From a virus, in the IMG/VR virus record IMGVR_UViG_3300031215_000011, positions 1-64,000 of that record: DNA of 64,000 nucleotides. One strand, given 5' to 3'. The notes below the pieces were generated by a model. That model ran no database searches. It saw only the letters and a program-made list of their open reading frames with translations, and was not told where the DNA came from. A program made the translations under genes and the position numbers. Shown one piece after another: positions 40,281-50,406 of this stretch (position 1 is the first letter of the stretch; each line of letters starts with the position of its first letter).

Positions 40281-42656
40281 ATGTTCGAGAAAATTTTCCA
40301 TCAATTCAAATCTTTTGCCGTTCCTTTACTTGCTAAGAAGCAGGCAGGAGGGGAGGTCTCTTCCACCTCAGGTAGGCAAACTGTAATGGAGGACTCTAGC
40401 TTCTCAGTATATGATGGACTAAAAGAAATATACCCTGAGTTCAATCCTGAGTTACTACAAGTCATACGGAAGTTGGCTAAGTACAATGGAGACGTATCAC
40501 AAGCTGTAGAGAATATTGTACAGTTGGGTAATACTAAATTCCATCTCAAAATAGAGGGTCCCGATGAGGATGCGGCTGCGGAGATGGCGGTTGTTTTAAA
40601 AGAATCTCTTAAAAAAGTTTATCGAGGGGGTCTTTTGGTTTTAATCAATGATCTTTTGGCTAATGCTGCTACCAATGGAGTAATTAGTTCAGAGATAGTT
40701 CCGTCAAAATCTTTGGATGGAGTTTTCAGAGTTTACTTAGTGAATCCTGAGACTATAAAATTCAAGTACGATGAGGAAAAAGAGGACTACGTTCCTTTCC
40801 AACGTTCCAATGTATTCTCAGGCGGTAGCGGAGATAAAAAACTCAATGAGGTAACGTACAAGTATTATCCTATGAGGAGGTTTAGCGAAAAGCCTTATGG
40901 AGTCCCACCTTTCTTGGCAGCACTTGAGAACGTAGCCTTGGAAAAGGATATGATGGATAATTTCAAGTACGTGGTAAAGAAGCTTGGATTATTTGGGTTC
41001 TTGGATGTGCTGATTAAAAAACCTGCGAAAAAGACAGATGGGAAATTAGAGAGCGATGCAGATTACGAAGCTAGATTATCCACTTACCTTGATGAGCAGG
41101 CTTCCGAGATTCAAAAATCCATGAGTAAAGGATTTGTAGTAGGTTACGAGAACAGTCATAAGTTCAATATGCAGGGAAGCTTGCAAAACAGTATGGATAT
41201 TTCTTCATTGTTCCGGTTAGTTCAGGAGACTAAAATGAGCGGTCTTAAACAGGACCCTGCTATGTTAGGACGTAATTTTAGCACTACAGAGACGTTTGGG
41301 AGGGTTATACTAGCGAAACTAGGGACCCAAATACGAAACTACCAAGCGTTAGCTGCTACGTTCTTAGAGGACTTGTTTAAGCTTCAAGCGGATTTGTTAG
41401 GTTTCGGCTACGATAGCATGGAGATTATTTTCGATGCTCCAATGTTAGGAGACCAAGTGAGGGAGCAGGAGGCTAAGGGTAAGAAAATAGATAATGCTAC
41501 TGCTTTATACAATGCAGGTATCATTTCACAAGATCAGAGAGCGCAGGAGTTGGGTTACGATGAGCCTGACCAAGAAGAGCCTAGATTAGGGGGAACTCAG
41601 GAGGCAGAGGAGGGAGATAATAACAACTCCAACCCGAATAACCCTTCCAATGATGACGACCCCACAGATGCTAAGACTACCTCAGCAAACGTAAAATTCA
41701 TGCGAGGTCAAATAAGGCAGTATAACGTTGAGTTTGACTATGGGGACAATTGTGGGTGCGAGGTGCATAGTTACGCTCGTAGAGACGATGTATCAGGCGA
41801 AGAGGAGGGTTATTTGAGCGATTCCCGTGGGAATTATTCAAAAGCTATAGCTACTACAGTTAAATCCATTGCTGAAAGGCTCAGAGATTTAGGAGCCAAT
41901 GCTACTTTACAGCAAGTAACCGATGCTACTTTCTACCACTTGTACAAGGATTGGAACTCTAGGTTTACCAACAAACAGGAGGCAGTAATTAAGAGATGGG
42001 TTAAGCGTGCTTATACTAAGTATAGAAACCTAAAAGACTCATTTCCAACAGGTTATGACGTACCTGATGCTACCTTTGATTTGGTGGATTATAGAACTAT
42101 GCAGTATTACCTTAACAGCGATAAATTCTACCTTGGTAAATTCATCACGGATGCAGATACCACTAGGAAAATAACTGAGTTTATCAAAAAAGAGTATATA
42201 GCCAATGGTAATCCTGCTGTAGGTCCTAATGCTGTTAAGTTATTTAGAGAGAAGTTTACTTCTGTTTTAGAGGGAGAGGATTGGAAAATATCTAGGATAA
42301 TATCTACTACGGTAAACCGTTTAAAGACTAGCGCAAACATTGCGTACATGCAACAGGCAGGCGTTGAGAAATTTATAATTAGAGGAGTAAACGACCAACT
42401 GCAGTGTGCCTATTGTGCAGAAATGCAGGGTCGAACATTTTCAGTTAAGAAAGCTTTTAACAAGGTAGAGAAGCTATCTCAGTCGGCTCCCGAACTTGTT
42501 AAACAGGATTCCCCTTTCATTACTTCCAAGTTTAAGAACGCAGATGAATTAAAAGAATTTTTAGAAATAAGCAGCGAAGAGGCTCTTCAAGACAGCGGTA
42601 TAGCTGAACCCCCTTACCATTCAAATTGCCGAGACCGTGTAGTTGCGGATATATAG
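40281..42656 (+). CDS. portal protein fused to a Mu gpF/SPP1 gp7-like head morphogenesis domain
   Basis: About 790 aa. The C-terminal ISTTVNRLKTSANIAYMQQAG...CAYCAEMQGRTF...PPYHSNCRDRVVA matches the Mu F-like domain signature (PPxHxNCRC). The N-terminal ~450 aa is assigned as portal by size and position only. The ATG at 40281 is preferred over the TTG at 40224. Confidence 0.65.
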   Translation: MFEKIFHQFKSFAVPLLAKKQAGGEVSSTSGRQTVMEDSSFSVYDGLKEIYPEFNPELLQVIRKLAKYNGDVSQAVENIVQLGNTKFHLKIEGPDEDAAAEMAVVLKESLKKVYRGGLLVLINDLLANAATNGVISSEIVPSKSLDGVFRVYLVNPETIKFKYDEEKEDYVPFQRSNVFSGGSGDKKLNEVTYKYYPMRRFSEKPYGVPPFLAALENVALEKDMMDNFKYVVKKLGLFGFLDVLIKKPAKKTDGKLESDADYEARLSTYLDEQASEIQKSMSKGFVVGYENSHKFNMQGSLQNSMDISSLFRLVQETKMSGLKQDPAMLGRNFSTTETFGRVILAKLGTQIRNYQALAATFLEDLFKLQADLLGFGYDSMEIIFDAPMLGDQVREQEAKGKKIDNATALYNAGIISQDQRAQELGYDEPDQEEPRLGGTQEAEEGDNNNSNPNNPSNDDDPTDAKTTSANVKFMRGQIRQYNVEFDYGDNCGCEVHSYARRDDVSGEEEGYLSDSRGNYSKAIATTVKSIAERLRDLGANATLQQVTDATFYHLYKDWNSRFTNKQEAVIKRWVKRAYTKYRNLKDSFPTGYDVPDATFDLVDYRTMQYYLNSDKFYLGKFITDADTTRKITEFIKKEYIANGNPAVGPNAVKLFREKFTSVLEGEDWKISRIISTTVNRLKTSANIAYMQQAGVEKFIIRGVNDQLQCAYCAEMQGRTFSVKKAFNKVEKLSQSAPELVKQDSPFITSKFKNADELKEFLEISSEEALQDSGIAEPPYHSNCRDRVVADI

Positions 42657-42668
42657 AAATTACTAAAA

Positions 42669-43400
42669 ATGGAGAACAGACAAGATGATAAAGTAACCTT
42701 CGTTGTTAAAAATTGGAAAACAGCGTTAGCTTACGTATTAGTGGCAGCTATAGGGGCCTTAGGTAATTATTTCTTTCAAAAACTTGGGGTTGACAAAGAG
42801 ATAACTATTAAGCAGTTAGAGCTTATAGATATGGATAAACAGCGTGCAGCCGATGCCATTATTTTAGCTGATGAGATAAAAAAGGCTCAAGAAGCTAGTT
42901 TTGAAAAAGCTACTTTTATATTCGATGAATTGGATGCTTTGTTAGAGAATACAGGTGCTGTTAGAGCCATTGTAATAAACGTTCACAATGGAGGGAGAGA
43001 GATAAGAGTAGGAGGCGAAAAAAAGTTTGATATTTTATATGAGGTTAAGGCAGGCAGTAATATCAAGAAAATAAAAGACGACTTTGTGAATTACCCTTTG
43101 GATGAAGGTAATATCAGATTAATACAGAAAGCTATTGAGGTTCAGAACGTAGCTATTCATGTACCCGACGTAACTGAAAGTGAGTTGTTGAGTAACTACG
43201 AAACTCAAAGCACCCTTGGGTTTTTGGGTATTAATTCGTTAACCTGTAAATACATAGGTTTGGATAGGGTAACTAAGCAGAATATGTTTTTCTTGTACTT
43301 GAATCACAAAGAGGCTAATCCTTCTCAAGGTAATGATTACATAGTGAATTATACTAGTCGTGCAGGCAGAAAAATAAGAGAAAAAATAAATGCTTATTAA
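42669..43400 (+). CDS. membrane-anchored hypothetical protein
   Basis: 243 aa with N-terminal TM ALAYVLVAAIGALGNYFF. Confidence 0.6.
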   Translation: MENRQDDKVTFVVKNWKTALAYVLVAAIGALGNYFFQKLGVDKEITIKQLELIDMDKQRAADAIILADEIKKAQEASFEKATFIFDELDALLENTGAVRAIVINVHNGGREIRVGGEKKFDILYEVKAGSNIKKIKDDFVNYPLDEGNIRLIQKAIEVQNVAIHVPDVTESELLSNYETQSTLGFLGINSLTCKYIGLDRVTKQNMFFLYLNHKEANPSQGNDYIVNYTSRAGRKIREKINAY

Positions 43401-43484
43401 GATGGCTAAAGTTTCTAAAATAGAGAATACTCAAGCTAAACAAAACGAGGGCTATGATTTTTGAAAAGCCAAAATATATTTAGT

Positions 43485-43505
43485 CAAAAAGTTTTTGTAA
43501 TATTG
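43485..43505 (+). promoter_or_regulatory. late-type promoter-like box CAAAAAGTTTTTGTAATATTG
   Basis: Nearly identical to 54268-54287. Lies 5 nt before the ATG. Confidence 0.4.
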
Positions 43506-43510
43506 CTATA

Positions 43511-45100
43511 ATGAAAAAAAGAGTATCCAAGTTTAGTTTTTCTAAAGAGGGTTTACAACGTTCTACTGTATCACTTGACTATGCAGGTATTTCTCTCCCA
43601 AGGACTAATGCTGCTGATTTAGTGGCAGAGACTTACGATTTAAGTACTCCATTAATGTCTTTCGGATTCTTGGGCGGTAACGGTCCCGAGGGGTCGCACC
43701 CTAATTTAACTAGGGCGGACTTATTGCCCAAACCTGAGGATTTTGTAAAGCAGAATTTCAGGTTAATCTCAGCAGGGATTGTAGCAGGGGGTACTTGGAG
43801 GTCAACTGATTTTTCTAAAGCAGGAGTTTTGAAAGCATCTATGCCATTAATCCTTGGTAAAACTGTTTACAAAGATCATAATACCGATACTGATGATTGG
43901 GTGGGATTAGTAGAGGCAGTATCATGGGATGGCGGATATTCTGATGAGAAAGGGGAGGTTCCGGCAGGAATTAATGGATTATTAGCTATTGATGCTAAAA
44001 CTAATTACAAAGTAGCGAGGGGAGTTTTAATAAATTCCATCTACAGTAATTCAGTTACAGTAGAGTTCGAGTGGGAACCTTCTCACGATTTATCGAGCAG
44101 CGACTTTTCATTTGAGGATAGAGTAGGAGAAATACATGAGGACGGTACTATGATACGTAGAATCGTTACGAAGGTTATAGATTATTACGAAACTTCTCTA
44201 GTATGGATGGGGGCTGACCCTTTTGCTAAATTGGTTACAGAGGATGGTAAATTATTGCATTCTGACAACAAATCATTCAGCATAAAACCTACAGAGGACG
44301 AGAAGAGCAGTTATACGAACTCAAAAAAGTTTAACGTAAGCTTTGCAATGTCAAAAAATGTGTTATCTTTGTCTAAACGAAGTTTCCAAAAACCTAAGAA
44401 TACTATGAACGAATTTGAAAAAGCTATTAGAGCCAAAATGGGTCTTTCTGATACGGATAAGCTTACCGTGGGTATGGTGGCTCAACTTAACTTGAAAGAT
44501 GCTTCAATCGAGGAAGTAACTGACAAGCATAAATTAGGTCTTGCAGCTTATGAAGCTTTAAAGCCTATCAAAACTGTTGCACTTAATGATAAAGGAGAAA
44601 AAGAGGAATCTGAAACTTCTTTTGAGAAAGAAGGGAAATTGGAATTATCGGATGACTTCGCTACTAAGAACGTTTTAATCTCAGAGGAGGCTTTGAGCGG
44701 TTTAATTGCCGATAAAGCTACCTTAGCTACCGAGAAAGAAAGTTTAGCCTCTGAGAAGGCTAAATTGGAGGCTACGGCTAAAATTGGTCAAGAGTATTTA
44801 ACCATGCAGAAGAATGAAGCCATTCGTTTGTACAAATTATCTACTGAGGAGGCTGATGACAACGTTATCGAGTTATTTCAGAAAGCAGAACCGGAACAAG
44901 TTACAGGTTTACTCAAGCAGTACACTAAAGGCGTTGTTCATAAGTTTGGAGGTAAGTGTAAATCTTGCGGTTCAGATGAGTTCGATTTTAGAAGTACGGT
45001 AGCAGGGGACGCAGCGGAAACTGAGGAGTTCCCTAGCATGGACAGCTTTGAGGATATGCACAAAAAGTACGATCAACCGAAATTTGCCATTGGTAAATAA
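43511..45100 (+). CDS. prohead protease (HK97 type) fused to scaffold-like coiled coil
   Basis: VYKDHNTDTDDWVGLVEAVSWDG, SNSVTVEF and YETSLVWMGADPFAK follow HK97-family protease blocks. The C-terminal half is an A/K/E-rich coiled coil. Lies upstream of the capsid gene. Confidence 0.6.
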   Translation: MKKRVSKFSFSKEGLQRSTVSLDYAGISLPRTNAADLVAETYDLSTPLMSFGFLGGNGPEGSHPNLTRADLLPKPEDFVKQNFRLISAGIVAGGTWRSTDFSKAGVLKASMPLILGKTVYKDHNTDTDDWVGLVEAVSWDGGYSDEKGEVPAGINGLLAIDAKTNYKVARGVLINSIYSNSVTVEFEWEPSHDLSSSDFSFEDRVGEIHEDGTMIRRIVTKVIDYYETSLVWMGADPFAKLVTEDGKLLHSDNKSFSIKPTEDEKSSYTNSKKFNVSFAMSKNVLSLSKRSFQKPKNTMNEFEKAIRAKMGLSDTDKLTVGMVAQLNLKDASIEEVTDKHKLGLAAYEALKPIKTVALNDKGEKEESETSFEKEGKLELSDDFATKNVLISEEALSGLIADKATLATEKESLASEKAKLEATAKIGQEYLTMQKNEAIRLYKLSTEEADDNVIELFQKAEPEQVTGLLKQYTKGVVHKFGGKCKSCGSDEFDFRSTVAGDAAETEEFPSMDSFEDMHKKYDQPKFAIGK

Positions 45101-45167
45101 CTGTTAATAACTTGACTTGTAAAAACGAGAAAGAAATTTAAAATTTGTTACAACAAAAATATACGCT

Positions 45168-45602
45168 ATGAACACTATAGGAGGCACAACAGTAAATTTA
45201 GTATCACATGAAGAATTGTATGCAATTGCACACAGTTTTGAGTGTACTGCATCCGTTGAAAAATCTTGCATCGTTAAGATGAATAATGACGGTACAGTTA
45301 GCCCTGTTGAAGCCGTAACTGATAAACCTTTCGGTATGGTTACTGTAGGTTGTAAAAATGCTGATGAGAAAGTAACTGTTCTTTCTCCATACGTGGCTAT
45401 AGTAAAAGGATACGCAGACGGGGTTATTGATGAGGGAGAGTATGTAAATGCTAAGGCTTGGGAAGCTACTGAGGGTAAAATGGAGTACAAGGTTGCTGCT
45501 GCTGCTTCTCACGCTGTAGGACAATGTATCATTGGAGGTGCTGACAATACTGAGGTAACAATCGGTATTTTGAGAGTTCCGGTTACACAACCTGCTGCAT
45601 AA
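45168..45602 (+). CDS. putative head decoration/cement protein
   Basis: 144-aa beta-rich ORF between the protease/scaffold and the major capsid gene. Assigned by position only. Confidence 0.35.
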   Translation: MNTIGGTTVNLVSHEELYAIAHSFECTASVEKSCIVKMNNDGTVSPVEAVTDKPFGMVTVGCKNADEKVTVLSPYVAIVKGYADGVIDEGEYVNAKAWEATEGKMEYKVAAAASHAVGQCIIGGADNTEVTIGILRVPVTQPAA

Positions 45603-45641
45603 TTAAAAATTGAATAAAGAACTTTACAAAAACGATAAGTT

Positions 45642-46880
45642 ATGAATACTTTTAAAGAGAGAGCAAACTTTGTAAAAACTGCGGTTACTAAGAATAAAGG
45701 GGCTATGCCTCAGATTTCTAAGGATAACGCCAAAGAAGGCGTTACCACGGTTAAATTGAAGGAAGCTATCTTGGCTGATATGCCTGCTGCGATTAAGCAG
45801 TTGAATTCCCTTAGAGCAGGAAGTAAAGACAGGAGAGCGGTGGACGTTTCTTTCGGTCAGTATGCTCAAGACAAATGGGGATTCTCGCCTGAGGATAACA
45901 CTCAAGCACCTCAATCTTTATTCGAGGCGTTACAAGTGGACCCTTCAAGAATGACGGTTGATAGTTTGATGACTATGCCTGAGTTTGAGGAAGGTTACAG
46001 ATGGTTAGTCCCTGAGGTTATTCGTGAAGCTATTCGTTTAGGTTTAAGAAAAGAGCCTGCATACCAATCATTGATTGCAGGAGAGGAAACGGTTACGCAG
46101 CCTACCGTTATCATGCCACATATCAATATGAGTCATGCAATGCCTAAGAAATTAGGGGAGACTGAGACTATTCCAACAGGAAACGTTTCTTTCGGTCAAA
46201 AGACTGTTCAAATCCACAAAGTAGGTACAGGGCTTACCATCTCAGATGAGGTGCAGCAACAAGTATCAATCAACTTACTTGCATTATACTTGCAGGATGT
46301 TGGAACCAAGGTAAACTTGGCTCTTGATACCTTGGCTATCTCTACTTTGATTAATGGAGACCAAGCAGACGGCTCAGAAGCGGCTCCTGTTATCGGAGTT
46401 GAAGCTACTAATGATGGATTCACTTATTACGATTTACTTAGAGCGTGGGTACGTTTAGGTATTTTGGGAAGAAGCCCTAAGGGGATGATTTCAAATGAGA
46501 ATCCTGCTTTAGAGATTCTTCAATTACCCGAGTTCAAAGGTTTTAATGGAGTTTCAAAAACTCAGAACATTAACTTGAAAACTCCTGTACCTCAGACTCA
46601 AGATTATTGGGTTCACGGTGCGATGCCTTCTGATAACAAATTGATGATGGTGGATACCTCAAGTGCTTTAATCAAGTTGAACTTGAACGCACTTAGAGTA
46701 GAATCAGAGCGAATTGTTAACCGTCAGTTACAAGGAACTTATGTAACTCTTCATACAGGATTTGCCTCCTTGTTTAGAGATGCAAGGTTATTGATTGACA
46801 AATCTCAAGCGTTCTCAGCAGCAGGCTTCCCTGAGTGGATGAACGCCGCACAAGTTCAGAAAGAGACTTTCAAAGCTTAA
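45642..46880 (+). CDS. major capsid protein (HK97-fold, by position and size)
   Basis: 412 aa, follows the protease/scaffold and is followed by a strong terminator. Confidence 0.7.
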   Translation: MNTFKERANFVKTAVTKNKGAMPQISKDNAKEGVTTVKLKEAILADMPAAIKQLNSLRAGSKDRRAVDVSFGQYAQDKWGFSPEDNTQAPQSLFEALQVDPSRMTVDSLMTMPEFEEGYRWLVPEVIREAIRLGLRKEPAYQSLIAGEETVTQPTVIMPHINMSHAMPKKLGETETIPTGNVSFGQKTVQIHKVGTGLTISDEVQQQVSINLLALYLQDVGTKVNLALDTLAISTLINGDQADGSEAAPVIGVEATNDGFTYYDLLRAWVRLGILGRSPKGMISNENPALEILQLPEFKGFNGVSKTQNINLKTPVPQTQDYWVHGAMPSDNKLMMVDTSSALIKLNLNALRVESERIVNRQLQGTYVTLHTGFASLFRDARLLIDKSQAFSAAGFPEWMNAAQVQKETFKA

Positions 46881-46893
46881 AAACTAATCTACA

Positions 46894-46922
46894 AAAAGCC
46901 TAAGGAATCCCTTAGGCTTTTT
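46894..46922 (+). terminator. Rho-independent terminator
   Basis: aaaagcctaagg-aatc-ccttaggctttt. Confidence 0.85.
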
Positions 46923-46941
46923 GGCTTTAAAAATAAATAAG

Positions 46942-47448
46942 ATGTTTAAGGAAAACGTTTACGTAAAATTAAAAGACAATACGAGTGTGTTTACAGATAT
47001 GCACTCAGGTCATAGTATAGTTAGAAAGCAACTTGGAGAGTTCGCCCCGACTGAACAAGTGAGGGCGGCTATTAAAGGGGGTGCTTTAGTTAAAGTAACC
47101 AAGGAGGATTTCAAAGCTTATGAGAAGGCTCAGAAAGCCGATAAAAAAGAACAGGCTCCTGCTTCTACTGATAAGTACAAAGGAATGACTAATGATGAAT
47201 TGGAAGATGAGTTGTTTGCTAAAAAAGTAGATTTCCCTGTAGGTAATACTGTCAAAAAAGATTTGTTAGTTTTACTACAGACGGATGATGAAGGCAAGAC
47301 CAAGGAGGAGGACAAGATTGTTCTTGAAGAGGGTCAGTACATTATCACTCATGCAGCTTTAAAAGCTAACCCTGATTTGGATGCAGAGTTCAACGCAGGC
47401 GATGTAGCTACACACGAATCGGAGGAAGGTTCCGAAGAAGAGGAGTAG
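46942..47448 (+). CDS. hypothetical protein (acidic C-terminus)
   Basis: The ATG at 46942 is preferred, because the TTG at 46921 lies inside the terminator stem. Confidence 0.55.
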   Translation: MFKENVYVKLKDNTSVFTDMHSGHSIVRKQLGEFAPTEQVRAAIKGGALVKVTKEDFKAYEKAQKADKKEQAPASTDKYKGMTNDELEDELFAKKVDFPVGNTVKKDLLVLLQTDDEGKTKEEDKIVLEEGQYIITHAALKANPDLDAEFNAGDVATHESEEGSEEEE

Positions 47449-47468
47449 TATCCTAACGTTTAAAATTA

Positions 47469-47498
47469 AAAAGCCTGTCTTAACCGATGGGCTTTTTT
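47469..47498 (+). terminator. possible terminator
   Basis: aaaagcc-N14-ggctttt plus a T run. Confidence 0.45.
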
Positions 47499-47528
47499 CG
47501 TTATATTTGAAGTATAAAACAGTATCCA

Positions 47529-48014
47529 ATGGCTTTCCCTACAGATCATAATTCAGTTGCAAATAGTATGCACCAAATGGTGTATAACAAAATTAGCTTC
47601 TTAATTCAGTCAGAAACTACCGATGAGTTGATTTCTAACTACATTTTGGAGACTTGTGGCGAATTTGAGGCGTGCTTATCTATTGATGGAGACGTAGGCT
47701 TAGAGGGCAGCTATTCGATTGCTCAGAAAAGTTTCATTACGGATTTGGTAGTGGTTTCCTTATTGGCTAGGATAGCTGCTGAGAACTCTAGTGGGTCTAA
47801 TACTTTCCTTTCGGCTGCAAAAGCAGGTTCAGTTGAGGTAGCCTACGAACAGTTTGATGATAAAGCAGGCTTAACCATGAGTGCTGAGAAGTTACAAGCG
47901 TTTTATAAGGAGCAGGGAGAGCGTAGAGGGCTTAAATTAGGCTGTAAGGTAACCGTATTGGAATCTGATTTAATAGGTAATACCGAAGTAGGTTTTAAAG
48001 TCGTTAGCGGATGA
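47529..48014 (+). CDS. putative head-tail connector protein
   Basis: 161 aa. Assigned by position after the capsid. TATATTTG box at about 47503-47510. Confidence 0.3.
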   Translation: MAFPTDHNSVANSMHQMVYNKISFLIQSETTDELISNYILETCGEFEACLSIDGDVGLEGSYSIAQKSFITDLVVVSLLARIAAENSSGSNTFLSAAKAGSVEVAYEQFDDKAGLTMSAEKLQAFYKEQGERRGLKLGCKVTVLESDLIGNTEVGFKVVSG

Positions 48015-48451
48015 GTTTACTGAGCGAAAAACAGAAAACGGATATTTTAGGGGCTATAAAAATGGTTACGGATACCTTTTTTGTAACTCCTGTTACTTTC
48101 CATCATTCTACCAAGGGTTTTGATAGGTTTAATGAGACTTTTTCAGGTACAGAGGAGAATATTACTGTAAATTGCTTAGTAGAATACCCCTCCTCAGGTG
48201 CTAATACTACAGAAGTAGAGGGGGCAGCGCAGGAGGTCGATTATGCAGTTAAAGTTTCTATGAATTATGCCGATGCGAAGGAGCAGGGCTTACACAATGA
48301 GGACGATTTTACCATCCTGAGCAGTACAGATGACTATTTCACTACCAATGGGGTTAAGTACAAGATAAAGCAGGTGTATTTAGATGGACCTTTGCAGAAA
48401 GAGAATGTTTTACTTATTGTTTTAGGGGAGAAAGATAATAAGGTGGCATAA
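48011..48451 (+). CDS. putative head closure/neck protein
   Basis: 146 aa, coupled. Assigned by position only. Confidence 0.3.
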   Translation: MSLLSEKQKTDILGAIKMVTDTFFVTPVTFHHSTKGFDRFNETFSGTEENITVNCLVEYPSSGANTTEVEGAAQEVDYAVKVSMNYADAKEQGLHNEDDFTILSSTDDYFTTNGVKYKIKQVYLDGPLQKENVLLIVLGEKDNKVA

Positions 48452-48924
48452 TGGGAGCAAACAAAACAGGAGATTGGGCTAGAGTTAGACACTTGATTAA
48501 CTCTATGGGACCTAAGATGAAGGAGGCACAGTCTGAGGTACTCCATGCGTGGGCTATGAAGGCAGAAAAGATAGCTGTTACCCACTTGAGTTTACAGGAT
48601 TTGGGTTGGAAGCCTTTAAAAGCTTCCACCTTGGCAGCTAAAATTAGGAGAGGAGGAAGTAATCAAATATTGATTGATACAAGCGATTACTTTCAAAGCA
48701 TAACGAGTTTTGTGAGCAAGGATAGAGCGATGGCCGGAGTTAAAAAAGACTCTACTAACTCAGATGGCAGCAAGATTTGGAAGATAGCTAAGATACAGGA
48801 GTTAGGTAGTGAATCTAGGAACATACCCAAAAGGGAGTTATGGTCTCCTACGTTCAAAGAAGTTATGAAGTGGACGGTAAAACACAATAATCCTGTAGAT
48901 ATATTCTTAAAGAAAGTAAGATGA
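48451..48924 (+). CDS. putative virion morphogenesis/neck protein
   Basis: KPLKASTLAAKIRRGGSNQILIDTSDYFQSI resembles the Mu G / HK97 gp10-type motif (...K..G...IL.DTG.L..SI). Confidence 0.35.
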   Translation: MGANKTGDWARVRHLINSMGPKMKEAQSEVLHAWAMKAEKIAVTHLSLQDLGWKPLKASTLAAKIRRGGSNQILIDTSDYFQSITSFVSKDRAMAGVKKDSTNSDGSKIWKIAKIQELGSESRNIPKRELWSPTFKEVMKWTVKHNNPVDIFLKKVR

Positions 48925-49601
48925 AAATAGAAGAAATTGATAGAGGTATTTTTGAGGCTTTACGAAAAGCTGCTGTAGAACACGGTTATTTACCCGACAA
49001 AACTAATTTCCAAACTCAGCAAGCTTATGAGGCTGCGAAGGACACTTTGAGAGATCAGGTTCCTACTAAGTCTTTGGTAGAGATTTTCGGGGTGGGTTCT
49101 CCTAAGGATAGAGGGGACAAACAGGATGGTGCTATTTATATCAATAGAGACGTACCAACTAAAGGGGGAATAGGAGCGTTTGGATTAGTAAAGTTTGAAA
49201 AGGTAGGCTCAGGGGAGAGCGCAACTTTCAACAAGTTTCGTTACCCTGATGGGAATTACGATATAATGTACAGTTTAAGGGTGCTTACTTCTAATACCCT
49301 TATGAATAGGATTACAATGTCTATTCTTATGAATACTTTACCTTCCATGGGGTATATGGTAGCGGTAGATGAGAATGGAGCAGAAATAGAGCAGGGAGGC
49401 TTTACTGTAGTACAGCAGGGAGGCAGTTCAGACTTAGGAGGTAAAGGCCATATAGAAGAATTGCATAAATACGAAGTTCAGGATGTTTGGATTACTGATT
49501 TCAAACTCATAAGACAGGGCGTACCTCAGCTTAAAGAAGTGAGGTCTAAGTTGTCTATCACGGATAGTCAAGATGAGGATTTTGAGGGTGTACCTGTATA
49601 A
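48921..49601 (+). CDS. hypothetical structural protein
   Basis: 226-aa ORF within the structural operon. Confidence 0.55.
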   Translation: MKIEEIDRGIFEALRKAAVEHGYLPDKTNFQTQQAYEAAKDTLRDQVPTKSLVEIFGVGSPKDRGDKQDGAIYINRDVPTKGGIGAFGLVKFEKVGSGESATFNKFRYPDGNYDIMYSLRVLTSNTLMNRITMSILMNTLPSMGYMVAVDENGAEIEQGGFTVVQQGGSSDLGGKGHIEELHKYEVQDVWITDFKLIRQGVPQLKEVRSKLSITDSQDEDFEGVPV

Positions 49602-49623
49602 AAATTTTAGTTAAATTTGAACC

Positions 49624-50403
49624 ATGACGTTACAAGATATTTTCAACACAATTGATGCTGCCATTACTGATAATGGTAGCAATGCTATTACAGGGCCTAT
49701 TTTAAAAGCGGTTCTACAGGATATGGCTACGTTTTCTAATGATTCCACTAATGGGGAATGGCAAGATTCAGTTATTCAAATAGCGAATGGGGAGGCTCCA
49801 AGTTTCCCAACGGCAGGAGAGAGGTATTTGATAAACGAAGGCTCGGGAGTTTGGGCTAATAAAAAAGGTCAAATTGCAGAATGGCACGCAGGAGATTCTG
49901 CTAAGTGGGTTTATACTTTACCTACTAATAATATGTACGTTAAAATTGATAATGTAGGTACTATTTATTACCATGACGGAGCCTACCAATCGAACACTTG
50001 GAATTGGGCGGTTGATTTTAATCAATCGAACACAGTTTGGAGTAAGTTGGATAAAAACCATTCTTCGTTACCTACCGATGGGGACAACCAACAAGCTATG
50101 CAATATGATGGAGGTTCGGAGACAGGGTTACAAGGTACGCCTGCAGTTTCTAGTTACGTGGCTGTTTTAATAAACGGTCAAGAGTATTTAGTAGGAGACG
50201 GTACTGTAAATGCTGCTTGTTACTTTGTTCCGGCTGACCAAAGAAACAACCCTGAAAATCATGCTTCGGTAGTGAGGACTATGGGAGAGACGGGTTACAT
50301 TCAACAAGGGGACGTTCTTTTTTGGAACGATACCATTGCAGGAACTTCTCTTCAAGAGGGTTGGAGAATATCAATATTTTATTTAGAATCAACAAATAGC
50401 TAA
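49624..50403 (+). CDS. tail fibre-associated protein (DUF2793-like motif)
   Basis: PTAGERYLINEGSGVWANKKGQIAEWHAGDSAKWVY resembles the G-RYLV...G-W-G...IA-W...W motif seen in fibre/spike N-terminal domains. Confidence 0.45.
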   Translation: MTLQDIFNTIDAAITDNGSNAITGPILKAVLQDMATFSNDSTNGEWQDSVIQIANGEAPSFPTAGERYLINEGSGVWANKKGQIAEWHAGDSAKWVYTLPTNNMYVKIDNVGTIYYHDGAYQSNTWNWAVDFNQSNTVWSKLDKNHSSLPTDGDNQQAMQYDGGSETGLQGTPAVSSYVAVLINGQEYLVGDGTVNAACYFVPADQRNNPENHASVVRTMGETGYIQQGDVLFWNDTIAGTSLQEGWRISIFYLESTNS

Positions 50404-50406
50404 ACG

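Noticed and set aside
45104-45590. Two 128-aa antisense ORFs opposite the 45168-45602 gene
   Set aside because: They are shadow ORFs. Every supported gene in the window is on the + strand, and there are no promoter or terminator signals on the - strand.
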